Part shown: one piece after another, positions 1-9,039 of the stretch | Position numbering within the stretch: position 1 is the stretch's first letter | How the letters are laid out: each line of letters begins with the position of its first letter | Source: Diplonema japonicum | Lineage: Eukaryota > Protista > Euglenozoa: Diplonemea | Length of the DNA stretch: 64,000 nt | Direction: 5' to 3' | NCBI GenBank assembly: GCA_964019335.1 | Contig: OZ025714.1 | Span: forward strand, 248,001 to 312,000 | The notes under the pieces: generated by a model | The model's database searches: none | Seen by the model: the letters and a program-made list of their open reading frames with translations, nothing else | Told to the model about the DNA's origin: nothing | Translations under genes and position numbers: made by a program

Positions 1-1346
1 TTGTCCGCCCCACACTTCGGCCACCTGATGCGCCTCTCGTTGTGGAGGAGCTCCGTCTTCCAGCTCGTCACGCCCTCAGCATTCTCACACCTGTGCAGAA
101 CCATGTCCACGTTCGCCGCCATCGGGGAGATCACACCAGTGCGCCACTTCCTTGCCATCGCCTGCTCCCAAGGCATGTCCGCAGTGAGGGGGACAGGGTC
201 CACGTACAGCCCAAGCTGGGAAAGGAGGGGCTGGATCGTGTCGCTGTGCCCGAACATGAAGGCCGCCTGCACCTCGTTGTCGTCCTCAGAGTACTTCTTC
301 AGACCGTTCAAGAGCTTCGACATCAGAGGGCACGCAAGATCTTGTGCGATCTGGGTACCGTGGCCACCCTCGTAGTACTCCCCAAGGTCCTTCAGGAAGG
401 CGAACATCTCGTAGTCCTTCTCCTCGAACACAGCACAGGGGCTGTGGCGGCGGGGGGTGTCGAGCACCACAGTCTCGAACATGCACGCCTTGTAAAGAAG
501 CTCCAACCCGTCGAAGTCAAGCTTCCACACAGAGGTGTCGAGCTGGAGCTTCGCCGTCACACGGGCACCAACCTCCTCCTCGAGCTTCTTCTCGAAGATG
601 TCCTCCTGCACCTTCCCAGGGAAGTTGTCGTCGTCGGTGATCGCATCGTAGTTGGGGCAGTTGTCCGAAAACCTGATGATCTTGTCACCATCGTAGTCCT
701 CTAACCCGTTCCACAGGCAGAACATCGCAACAGGCTCGTTGTTGTCCCTCCCGAGTTGGCCCCTCCCCTCCTGGAAGGAGGACAAGGCGAAGGCGCTGGC
801 TGACCTAGAGGTCCTGGTCTTCCAAGTGTGCTGGAAGGTGTGGTAGATGGGGTTGTAGTCCTCAGAGAGGATGTCCCTACCGTATTTGCGCCTGTACCTT
901 GCCCCCATCTTGTAGAGCTCCTCCTTCCCCACCTCGTTCAGGTGCTTCTCAACGTTGGTCGGGAAGGGGTTCGTCCAGGACTTCAGGAAGGCGTACCTGG
1001 GGTTCTTGATGGCACTCCCCTTGCTCGCGAGGAGCTCCTCCAAGTCCTTCACGTCGTCGTTGTCGTCGTACCTCGACCCGTGCCTCCCGACGTGCTGTAG
1101 GTGCACAGCCTCACACCTCTCGTCACCCTCCCCCACGGGACCCTCGTGCTCGTGGTTGGACAGGGACTTCGAGCTCCAGTAAGGGGTTTTCGTTGTGAAG
1201 TCGTACTTAGTCGGCCTCCTGGAAGGAGGGTTCCTGTTCCTGTTCCACCAGTTCCATCCGTGGTGGTGGCCCCAGTGGTCCCAGTGGGAGGTGAAGGTGC
1301 CCTCAGCAGCGGCCAGAAGGCCCAACACAAGCACGGCTTTCATCAT
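1..1346 (-). CDS. MINPP1: MINPP-like histidine phosphatase, copy 1 (3' end outside window)
   Basis: Nearly identical DNA to copies 2 and 3; RHGSR and FGHSDT motifs; MMKAVL signal-peptide-like start at 1346. Missing from ORF track because its stop is off the edge. Confidence 0.85.
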   Translation of the reverse strand, partial: MMKAVLVLGLLAAAEGTFTSHWDHWGHHHGWNWWNRNRNPPSRRPTKYDFTTKTPYWSSKSLSNHEHEGPVGEGDERCEAVHLQHVGRHGSRYDDNDDVKDLEELLASKGSAIKNPRYAFLKSWTNPFPTNVEKHLNEVGKEELYKMGARYRRKYGRDILSEDYNPIYHTFQHTWKTRTSRSASAFALSSFQEGRGQLGRDNNEPVAMFCLWNGLEDYDGDKIIRFSDNCPNYDAITDDDNFPGKVQEDIFEKKLEEEVGARVTAKLQLDTSVWKLDFDGLELLYKACMFETVVLDTPRRHSPCAVFEEKDYEMFAFLKDLGEYYEGGHGTQIAQDLACPLMSKLLNGLKKYSEDDNEVQAAFMFGHSDTIQPLLSQLGLYVDPVPLTADMPWEQAMARKWRTGVISPMAANVDMVLHRCENAEGVTSWKTELLHNERRIRWPKCGAD

Positions 1347-2211
1347 TTTCGTTTTTGGTTAAACTGTTATGTAAGTTAGTCATAATTAGAATTTAAATAA
1401 TCTAAAATTGCTCAGGTCGTGTTTCAAAAACCGAAGGTGATCTGTTAACCTAGATTCTATGAGAGATAAAGAAGAAGAAGAGAAGACAGAAGAATAGAAC
1501 ATGCTAAAAGATTTCTGTAGTTTTGTGCCTGGCATGGGGACCGTTACAAAATTAGAAAGCATATTGAGCATCGGGAATTGGAAACATAACCTTCTTTGTT
1601 TCAATCAACTTAGTCAATAGAAGCAGGCATGTCAGTTCCCTTTCACCGTTCGTTCAGACTAGAAATGCGTTAATAAATTGTCTATTCGCCATTGTAAGCA
1701 AAACTACCTAGAGGCAGACTGCGATGGCAGAAATTCTTTTTTTCTTTTTCGTTAACCTTTATGCTACCAATTACCCCCCCTGGTAACATAAGGGTAAAAC
1801 TAGAAGAAAAAAAAAAGAGTCAAAAGAGGATTATCATTTCGCCCTTACTCCTTGAAGAAGTTGAGGAAAAGAAATCAAAAGCAGGAAAAAAAAATGGGTC
1901 TAGAATTTTAGAAAAACATCATAGGGTCCCACTTTGAACGAGTTACGTGGCAGACGCCCCTGCAGCGAGCTAAGGGCCTCCGCAGCAGATCAAATGGTGA
2001 GGCCTTTCATTGGGTAGGGCTAGCCAATAAAGAAAGAAAGAATAGAAATGAAAGAAAAGGAAAAAAAAGAAAACATAAATCGGATAGACTTAAGGTTTGA
2101 AGAGCACGTGGCCCGACTCAGATTTCGCAAGTGAAAAGAAAAGGAAACTAAAAAAACGGCCACCAAAACAAAGGCCGGAACAGAATTGAGTTGTAGTACC
2201 ATCAACTTCGC

Positions 2212-3642
2212 TTACTGCGGGATCTTGCAGAACTCATCGAATTTGCAGTCGCCCGCCATGGGGTAGGCGGTGAAGAGGTCGTCGGGGCTGCAGAACTGCA
2301 CGTTCGTCTTGTCCGCCCCACACTTCGGCCACCTGATGCGCCTCTCGTTGTGGAGGAGCTCCGTCTTCCAGCTCGTCACGCCCTCAGCATTCTCACACCT
2401 GTGCAGAACCATGTCCACGTTCGCCGCCATCGGGGAGATCACACCAGTGCGCCACTTCCTTGCCATCGCCTGCTCCCAAGGCATGTCCGCAGTGAGGGGG
2501 ACAGGGTCCACGTACAGCCCAAGCTGGGAAAGGAGGGGCTGGATCGTGTCGCTGTGCCCGAACATGAAGGCCGCCTGCACCTCGTTGTCGTCCTCAGAGT
2601 ACTTCTTCAGACCATTCAAGAGTTTCGACATCAGAGGGCAAGCGAGCTCCTGTGCGATCTGGGTACCGTGGCCACCCTCGTAGTACTCCCCAAGGTCCTT
2701 CAGGAAGGCGAACATCTCGTAGTCCTTCTCCTCGAACACAGCACAGGGGCTGTGGCGGCGAGGGGTGTCGAGCACCACAGTCTCGAACATGCACGCCTTG
2801 TAAAGAAGCTCCAGCCCTTTGAAGTCAAGCTCCCACACAGAAGAGTTCAGCTGGAGCTTCGCCGTCACACGGGCACCAACCTCCTCCTCGAGCTTCTTCT
2901 CGAAAGACTTCTCCTGCACCTTCCCAGGGAAGTTGTCGTCGTCGTCGGTGATCGCATCGTAGTTGGGGCAGTTGTCCGAAAACCTGATGATCTTGTCACC
3001 ATCGTAGTCCTTCTTCCCGTTCCACAGACAGAACATCGCAACAGGCTCGTTGTTGTCCCTCCCGAGCTGGCCCCTCCCCTCCTGGAAGGAGGACAAGGCG
3101 AAGGCGCTGGCTGACCTAGAGGTCCTGGTCTTCCAAGTGTGCTGGAAGGTGTGGTAGATGGGGTTGTAGTCCTCAGAGAGGATGTCCCTACCGTATTTGC
3201 GCCTGTACCTTGCCCCCATCTTGTAGAGCTCCTCCTTCCCCACCTCGTTCAGGTGCTTCTCAACGTTGGTCGGGAAGGGGTTCGTCCAGGACTTCAGGAA
3301 GGCGTACCTGGGGTTCTTGATGGCACTCCCCTTGCTCGCGAGGAGCTCCTCCAAGTCCTTCACATCGTCGTTGTCGTCGTACCTCGACCCGTGCCTCCCG
3401 ACGTGCTGCAGGTGCACAGCCTCACACCTCTCGTCACCCTCCCCCACGGGACCCTCGTGCTCGTGGTTGGACAGGGACTTCGAGCTCCAGTAAGGGGTCT
3501 TCGTTGTGAAGTCGTACTTAGTCGGCCTCCTGGAAGGAGGGTTCCTGTTCTTGGGCCAGTGCCACCCGTGGTGGCCCCAGTGGGAGGTGAAGGTCCCCTC
3601 AGCAGCGGCCAGAAGGCCCGACAGAAGCACGGCTTTCATCAT
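2212..3642 (-). CDS. MINPP1: MINPP-like histidine phosphatase, copy 2
   Basis: RHGSRY nucleophile motif, HSDT (MINPP HAET equivalent), PMAANV motif; start placed at MMKAVL by comparison with paralogues. Confidence 0.88.
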   Translation of the reverse strand: MMKAVLLSGLLAAAEGTFTSHWGHHGWHWPKNRNPPSRRPTKYDFTTKTPYWSSKSLSNHEHEGPVGEGDERCEAVHLQHVGRHGSRYDDNDDVKDLEELLASKGSAIKNPRYAFLKSWTNPFPTNVEKHLNEVGKEELYKMGARYRRKYGRDILSEDYNPIYHTFQHTWKTRTSRSASAFALSSFQEGRGQLGRDNNEPVAMFCLWNGKKDYDGDKIIRFSDNCPNYDAITDDDDNFPGKVQEKSFEKKLEEEVGARVTAKLQLNSSVWELDFKGLELLYKACMFETVVLDTPRRHSPCAVFEEKDYEMFAFLKDLGEYYEGGHGTQIAQELACPLMSKLLNGLKKYSEDDNEVQAAFMFGHSDTIQPLLSQLGLYVDPVPLTADMPWEQAMARKWRTGVISPMAANVDMVLHRCENAEGVTSWKTELLHNERRIRWPKCGADKTNVQFCSPDDLFTAYPMAGDCKFDEFCKIPQ

Positions 3643-4496
3643 TTTCGTTTTGGTTAAACTGTTGTGTGATCCGATAAAGCACAGACAATTAAAAATTAAG
3701 TTGGGAGTTGGGTTGGATACGTGAAGGGGGGGGGGGAACAGAAGAACAAAGAAGAAAAGAGAGTACGGAATTAACGAAGAGCAAAAAAGAAGTAAGGGAG
3801 AGGGGGAAAAAAAAGAGAAATCAAAAACCAAAAAGGAATTGAAAGAGGACAAGGAGAAACAAAAATACTTTGAGCAACCAGAGCACATTCCCTTTTGTAA
3901 TTTCTCTTTTTTTTTTTTTCCCTCTCCCCTTTCTTCTTTAAACCATGTTGACCTTCTGATAGATACCGTTTCCCCCATTTCTTTTGTTTTTTTTTTTAAA
4001 GTTGAGACATGCAGGGCCCGAGAGCAAATTAAAGAGGGAGGGGGGGAGGTGAAATTTTCGACGTTTGAAAGAGAAAAAAATAGATATTTTGTAGCCGACA
4101 AATACCAAACCATTACATTGAGCCCGGCTTCGGCACGTCTCCCCGCCCCTCCTTTCTTTTTTTTTCGTATAAAGGAAAAGAAGGAAGAGGGGGGAGAAAA
4201 CATGCTTCCCGTGACGAGTGCAATATTAACACATCGCTACACTACAAAAAAAACCCACAAAACATATTTACGGGTATTTTTATTTTTTAATGCACTTTTA
4301 ATGCACAGATAAACTCGTTAAAAAAAAAAAGGAGGGGGGTAACAAATATTGACGGCAATATAAAGTCAAAAAAAAGAAATGACTTTGGTTGCTTATAAAC
4401 CGCCTGGCGTACAAGCAACTTTAAAACTCAATGTGCAGCGTGGTGGAGGGTCTATCTTGTGTTGTTACCCTTGCGTCGCTGCATTTTTAGCACAAA

Positions 4497-4844
4497 CTAG
4501 TTGTTCCAGTCGTCCCTCCCTGGTGCGCCAGTTGCGACGCAGTTGCAGCAATACCCCTCGGATCCGTTTGTTTGCACCAATGGATCGGGCTTCCCGGGGA
4601 TAGGAGGGGATTGTGCTTTCTTTTCGGCCACCTCTGACAGTTTTGTTATTTCAACCGTATCTTCCAAGATGAACTGTTTGGTCGTTTAAAAAAAAAAGAA
4701 ATTAAAAAAAAACACTTCGGCCACATGGAAATAACAAAGCCCGGTCTCAGAATACAGGGGGGTATGCACCGCCCTTGCATCCTTTACCAAATTTTGCTGC
4801 TTCCCACTACAGCGGTCGACTCCACTAGTTAGGGTCTTTGCCAT
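4497..4844 (-). CDS. Candidate small spliced gene (101 aa; putative intron 4674-4715)
   Basis: Removing a 42-nt GTGTTT...CAAACAG T-rich segment joins two open frames in a homopolymer-free island. No recognisable motif and the donor is weak. Confidence 0.3.
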
Positions 4845-5132
4845 CGCTGTTATCAAGGCCTAACCCTTTTTTTGGTATGAAGGGATAGACATGAAGCACT
4901 TTGCGCAATGACGGCTGGTGACTAGAGGGGAAAAGAAAGGAATTCGCAAAAAGAAAAAGATTGAAAAAAATAAATGGGGGTGAGGCGGGATATAGTATAA
5001 GAGGGGGAGGGGGGGAACATAATCATCAATACAGTGAAAATAGAGATGGAAAGAAGAAAAGTGGGGGGTCGTTATGACAAAAAAAAGAGAGAAAACAAAG
5101 GTGAAGAAATGGGTATAGGTAATCGATCGATC

Positions 5133-6563
5133 TTACTGCGGGATCTTGCAGAACTCATCGAATTTACAGTCGCCTGCCATGGGGTAGGCGGTGAAGAGGT
5201 CGTCGGGGCTGCAGAACTGCACGTTCGTCTTGTCCGCCCCACACTTCGGCCACCTGATGCGCCTCTCGTTGTGGAGGAGCTCCGTCTTCCAGCTCGTCAC
5301 GCCCTCAGCATTCTCACACCTGTGCAGAACCATGTCCACGTTCGCCGCCATCGGGGAGATCACACCAGTGCGCCACTTCCTTGCCATCGCCTGTTCCCAA
5401 GGCATGTCCGCAGTGAGGGGGACAGGGTCCACGTACAGCCCAAGCTGGGCGAGGAGGGGCTGGATCGTGTCGCTGTGCCCGAACATGAAGGCCGCCTGCA
5501 CCTCGTTGTCGTCCTCAGAGTACTTCTTCAGACCATTCAAGAGTTTCGACATCAGAGGGCAAGCGAGCTCCTGTGCGATCTGGGTACCGTGGCCACCCTC
5601 GTAGTACTCCCCAAGGTCCTTCAGGAAGGCGAACATCTCGTAGTCCTTCTCCTCGAACACAGCACAGGGGCTGTGGCGGCGGGGGGTGTCGAGCACCACA
5701 GTCTCGAACATGCACGCCTTGTAAAGAAGCTCCAACCCGTCGAAGTCAAGCTTCCACACAGAGGTGTCGAGCTGGAGCTTCGCCGTCACACGGGCACCAA
5801 CCTCCTCCTCGAGCTTCTTCTCGAAAGACTTCTCCTGCACCTTCCCAGGGAAGTTGTCGTCGTCGGTGATCGCATCGTAGTTGGGGCAGTTGTCCGAAAA
5901 CCTGATGATCTTGTCACCATCGTAGTCCTCTAACCCGTTCCACAGGCAGAACATCGCAACAGGCTCGTTGTTGTCCCTCCCGAGTTGGCCCCTCCCCTCC
6001 TGGAAGGAGGACAAGGCGAAGGCGCTGGCTGACCTAGAGGTCCTGGTCTTCCAAGTGTGCTGGAAGGTGTGGTAGATGGGGTTGTAGTCCTCAGAGAGGA
6101 TGTCCCTACCGTATTTGCGCCTGTACCTTGCCCCCATCTTGTAGAGCTCCTCCTTCCCCACCTCGTTCAGGTGCTTCTCAACGTTGGTCGGGAAGGGGTT
6201 CGTCCAGGACTTCAGGAAGGCGTACCTGGGGTTCTTGATGGCACTCCCCTTGCTCGCGAGGAGCTCCTCCAAGTCCTTCACGTCGTCGTTGTCGTCGTAC
6301 CTCGACCCGTGCCTCCCGACGTGCTGTAGGTGCACAGCCTCACACCTCTCGTCACCCTCCCCCACGGGACCCTCGTGCTCGTGGTTGGACAGGGACTTCG
6401 AGCTCCAGTAAGGGGTTTTCGTTGTGAAGTCGTACTTAGTCGGCCTCCTGGAAGGAGGGTTCCTGTTCCTGTCCCACCAGTGCCACCCGTGGTGGCCCCA
6501 GTGGGAAGTGAAGGTCCCCTCAGCAGCGGCCAGAAGGCCCAACAGAAGCATGGCTTTCATCAT
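5133..6563 (-). CDS. MINPP1: MINPP-like histidine phosphatase, copy 3
   Basis: Same motifs as copy 2; complete 476-aa ORF. Confidence 0.88.
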   Translation of the reverse strand: MMKAMLLLGLLAAAEGTFTSHWGHHGWHWWDRNRNPPSRRPTKYDFTTKTPYWSSKSLSNHEHEGPVGEGDERCEAVHLQHVGRHGSRYDDNDDVKDLEELLASKGSAIKNPRYAFLKSWTNPFPTNVEKHLNEVGKEELYKMGARYRRKYGRDILSEDYNPIYHTFQHTWKTRTSRSASAFALSSFQEGRGQLGRDNNEPVAMFCLWNGLEDYDGDKIIRFSDNCPNYDAITDDDNFPGKVQEKSFEKKLEEEVGARVTAKLQLDTSVWKLDFDGLELLYKACMFETVVLDTPRRHSPCAVFEEKDYEMFAFLKDLGEYYEGGHGTQIAQELACPLMSKLLNGLKKYSEDDNEVQAAFMFGHSDTIQPLLAQLGLYVDPVPLTADMPWEQAMARKWRTGVISPMAANVDMVLHRCENAEGVTSWKTELLHNERRIRWPKCGADKTNVQFCSPDDLFTAYPMAGDCKFDEFCKIPQ

Positions 6564-7362
6564 TTTCGTTTCGCTGAGCTGCGTTGCTTAAGTTGTACAC
6601 AAAGTGAAAACTGAACAAAACTGAAACGTAAAAAACTAATTTTCTCACAACAAGTGACTAGTATTGCCAGCAGCATCTTGCTAGGTCATTTCGATAGAGA
6701 TAACAAACCCGGCTCTAGGCTTGACACCACTTCCTCATCTCTAATCCCAATAAGACAATCTTGTACACCATATCTAGGGAGAGGGAGTCATCCTCATTGG
6801 AGAAATATAATGCCCAAAAGTGACCCCCCCCCCATCCCCCCAAAAAAAACAGGAGGCAGACAGAACAGAAAAAAAACAGGGGGGGGGAAGAAAGAACGCA
6901 AAGAGAGAGATGGAAAGAAACCTAATAAACAGTGAAGTGGGATGTTAGAAAATAGAGAAAAAAAAAAGAGACATTTAAGGGTACCTGCGGTATGTGACAG
7001 GACGCCTAAAAAAAAAAAGAGAGAGAGAAATATAAAAAAAGGTATATCCGTCCAGTAGCCGAACCAGCGCACATGGCGCTCTATTGTGAGAGTCTTCATC
7101 CCGTTCTTTTTTTTCTTTCTGTTCTGCAGAGCGGTTGTAGAAGGGAGGGGGAAACAAAACGGAAAAGAATTAAAGAAGAAAAGAGAAAGGAAAAAAATAA
7201 AAAAAAAGAAACTCGCTTTTCTCATGCATAGGGGGACATGACGCCGCCTTAGACCGCGGCACTGCACAAAGCTGTAGGAGGTTGGGAGGGGAGAACGGAG
7301 GGCACAACACACAGTTTGCTATTATTATTCTTTACTTTCTTCTTATTTAAAATCCCAGAATC

Positions 7363-8772
7363 TTAGGGAATTTTGCAGAACTCATCGTACTTGCAGTCGC
7401 CCGCCATGGGGTAGGCGGTGAAGAGGTCGTCGGGGCTGCAGAACTGCACGTTCGTCTTGTCCGCCCCACACTTCGGCCACCTGATGCGCCTCTCGTTGTG
7501 GAGGAGCTCCGTCTTCCAAGAAATCACATTCTTGGAATCTATGCATTTATGCAGAACCATATCCACGTTCGCCGCCATCGGGGAGATCACACCAGTGCGC
7601 CACTTCCTTGCCATCGCCTGCTCCCATGTCATATTCGCAGTGAGGGGGACAGGGTCCACGTACAGCCCAAGCTGGGCGAGGAGGGGCTGGATCGTGTCGC
7701 TGTGCCCGAACATGAGATTTGCTTTTATTCTGTTGTCATTTTTAGAGAACTTTCTCATCCCGTTCAGCATCTTCGACATCAGAGGGCATGCAAGCTTCGC
7801 CGCAATGGGTGTCCCGTGCCCCGCCTCGTAGTACTGGCTGATGTCCTTCAAGAACGAGAACATCGCAAAGTCCTTCTCTTCAAATAAGGCACACGAGCTG
7901 CTTCTGCGCGGCTTGTCTAAAATAATGGTCTCGAACAAGCACGCTTTGTAAAGCAGCTCTAAACCTTTGAAGTCAAGCTTCCATACAGAGGCGTCGAGCT
8001 GGAGCTTCGCCGACACACGCACTCCAACCTCTTCTTCGATCTTCTTCTCATATGCTTTTTCGTGAATTTTCCCAGGGAAGTTGTCGCCATCAGCAATGGC
8101 TTCAAACTGCGGGCAGTTGTCAGAAAATCGCAGTTCTTTGTCTCCGTCACGGTCCTTGTCGCCTGTGAAGAGACAGAACATAGCAACAGGCTCGTATCCG
8201 TCTAGCTGGCCGCCGCCCTTTTGAAAGGCCGACAGAGCAAAAGCACTGGCAGTCCTTGACGTCCGAGACTTCCAAGTGTGCTGGAGAGAGTGGTAGGTAG
8301 GGTTGTAACTGTCAGAGAGGATATCGGACCCGTACCTGCGTTTGTACCGTTGCCCCATTCTGTAGAGCTCCTCCTTCCCCACCTCGTTCAGGTGCTTCTC
8401 TGTGTCTGTGGGGAAGGGGTTCGTCCAGGACTTCAGGAAGGCGTATCTAGGGTTCTTGATGGCACTCCCCTTGCTCGCGAGGAGCTCCTCCAAGTCCTTT
8501 ACGTCGTCGTTGTCGTCGTACCTCGACCCGTGCCTCCCGACGTGCTGTAGGTGCACAGCTCGGCATTGCGACCCAGCAACCCCTTCGTCTACAGGGGTTT
8601 CTTCACCCTCAGAGATGTCACTTGAGCTCCAATACGGGTTCTTCGTTGCAAAATCGTACTTCGTCGGGAGTTCTGTTGGTGGCTCCATGTTCATTGGCCA
8701 GTGCCACCCGTGATGGGCCCAGTCAGCCCCTTGGGCAGTTGTGAATAAACCGAATAAAAGCGCGACTTTCAT
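7363..8772 (-). CDS. MINPP1: MINPP-like histidine phosphatase, copy 4 (divergent mosaic)
   Basis: RHGSR and HSDT motifs; MKVALL start follows an A22 run. Confidence 0.88.
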   Translation of the reverse strand: MKVALLFGLFTTAQGADWAHHGWHWPMNMEPPTELPTKYDFATKNPYWSSSDISEGEETPVDEGVAGSQCRAVHLQHVGRHGSRYDDNDDVKDLEELLASKGSAIKNPRYAFLKSWTNPFPTDTEKHLNEVGKEELYRMGQRYKRRYGSDILSDSYNPTYHSLQHTWKSRTSRTASAFALSAFQKGGGQLDGYEPVAMFCLFTGDKDRDGDKELRFSDNCPQFEAIADGDNFPGKIHEKAYEKKIEEEVGVRVSAKLQLDASVWKLDFKGLELLYKACLFETIILDKPRRSSSCALFEEKDFAMFSFLKDISQYYEAGHGTPIAAKLACPLMSKMLNGMRKFSKNDNRIKANLMFGHSDTIQPLLAQLGLYVDPVPLTANMTWEQAMARKWRTGVISPMAANVDMVLHKCIDSKNVISWKTELLHNERRIRWPKCGADKTNVQFCSPDDLFTAYPMAGDCKYDEFCKIP

Positions 8773-9039
8773 TTTTTTTTTTTTTTTTTTTTTTAAACTT
8801 CCTCCTGTGTTGTGTTGTGTGCGAAGGAGAAAGGAACAAAGGGAAAAAAAGAAGAAGAAAAAAAAAAAACTACAATGGAAAAAAAAAAAAAAATACCGGT
8901 ACAAGAAAAAAAAAAATTGAGACAACGGGGAACAAAAATAAAAATAAAATAAACTGTAGCAACAAAAAAAAAGGGGGTTTTTTTTCCCCCCCCTCTCTTT
9001 TCTTTTTGAAAAAAAGGCAAAAAGAAATAATAATAACTA

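Noticed and set aside
1971-2010. SECIS element (AUGA before a hairpin on the minus strand)
   Set aside because: No matching GA quartet or apical AA spacing, and the upstream gene has no in-frame UGA.
3643-4203. N-terminal extensions of listed ORFs (also 8773-8925, 26602-26730, 33015-33152, 41905-42105, 42545-42622)
   Set aside because: Translated homopolymers or neighbouring sequence; paralogue alignment and A-leader ATGs give downstream starts.
4430-4486. Single-hairpin H/ACA-like snoRNA on the minus strand
   Set aside because: A two-stem hairpin with terminal ACA is present, but euglenozoan guides typically end in AGA and I could not assign a convincing rRNA target without the species rRNA.
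42-8713. Long + strand ORFs over the MINPP genes (also over the peroxidase and sulfatase genes)
   Set aside because: Expected by-product of high GC3 codon usage on the coding strand.
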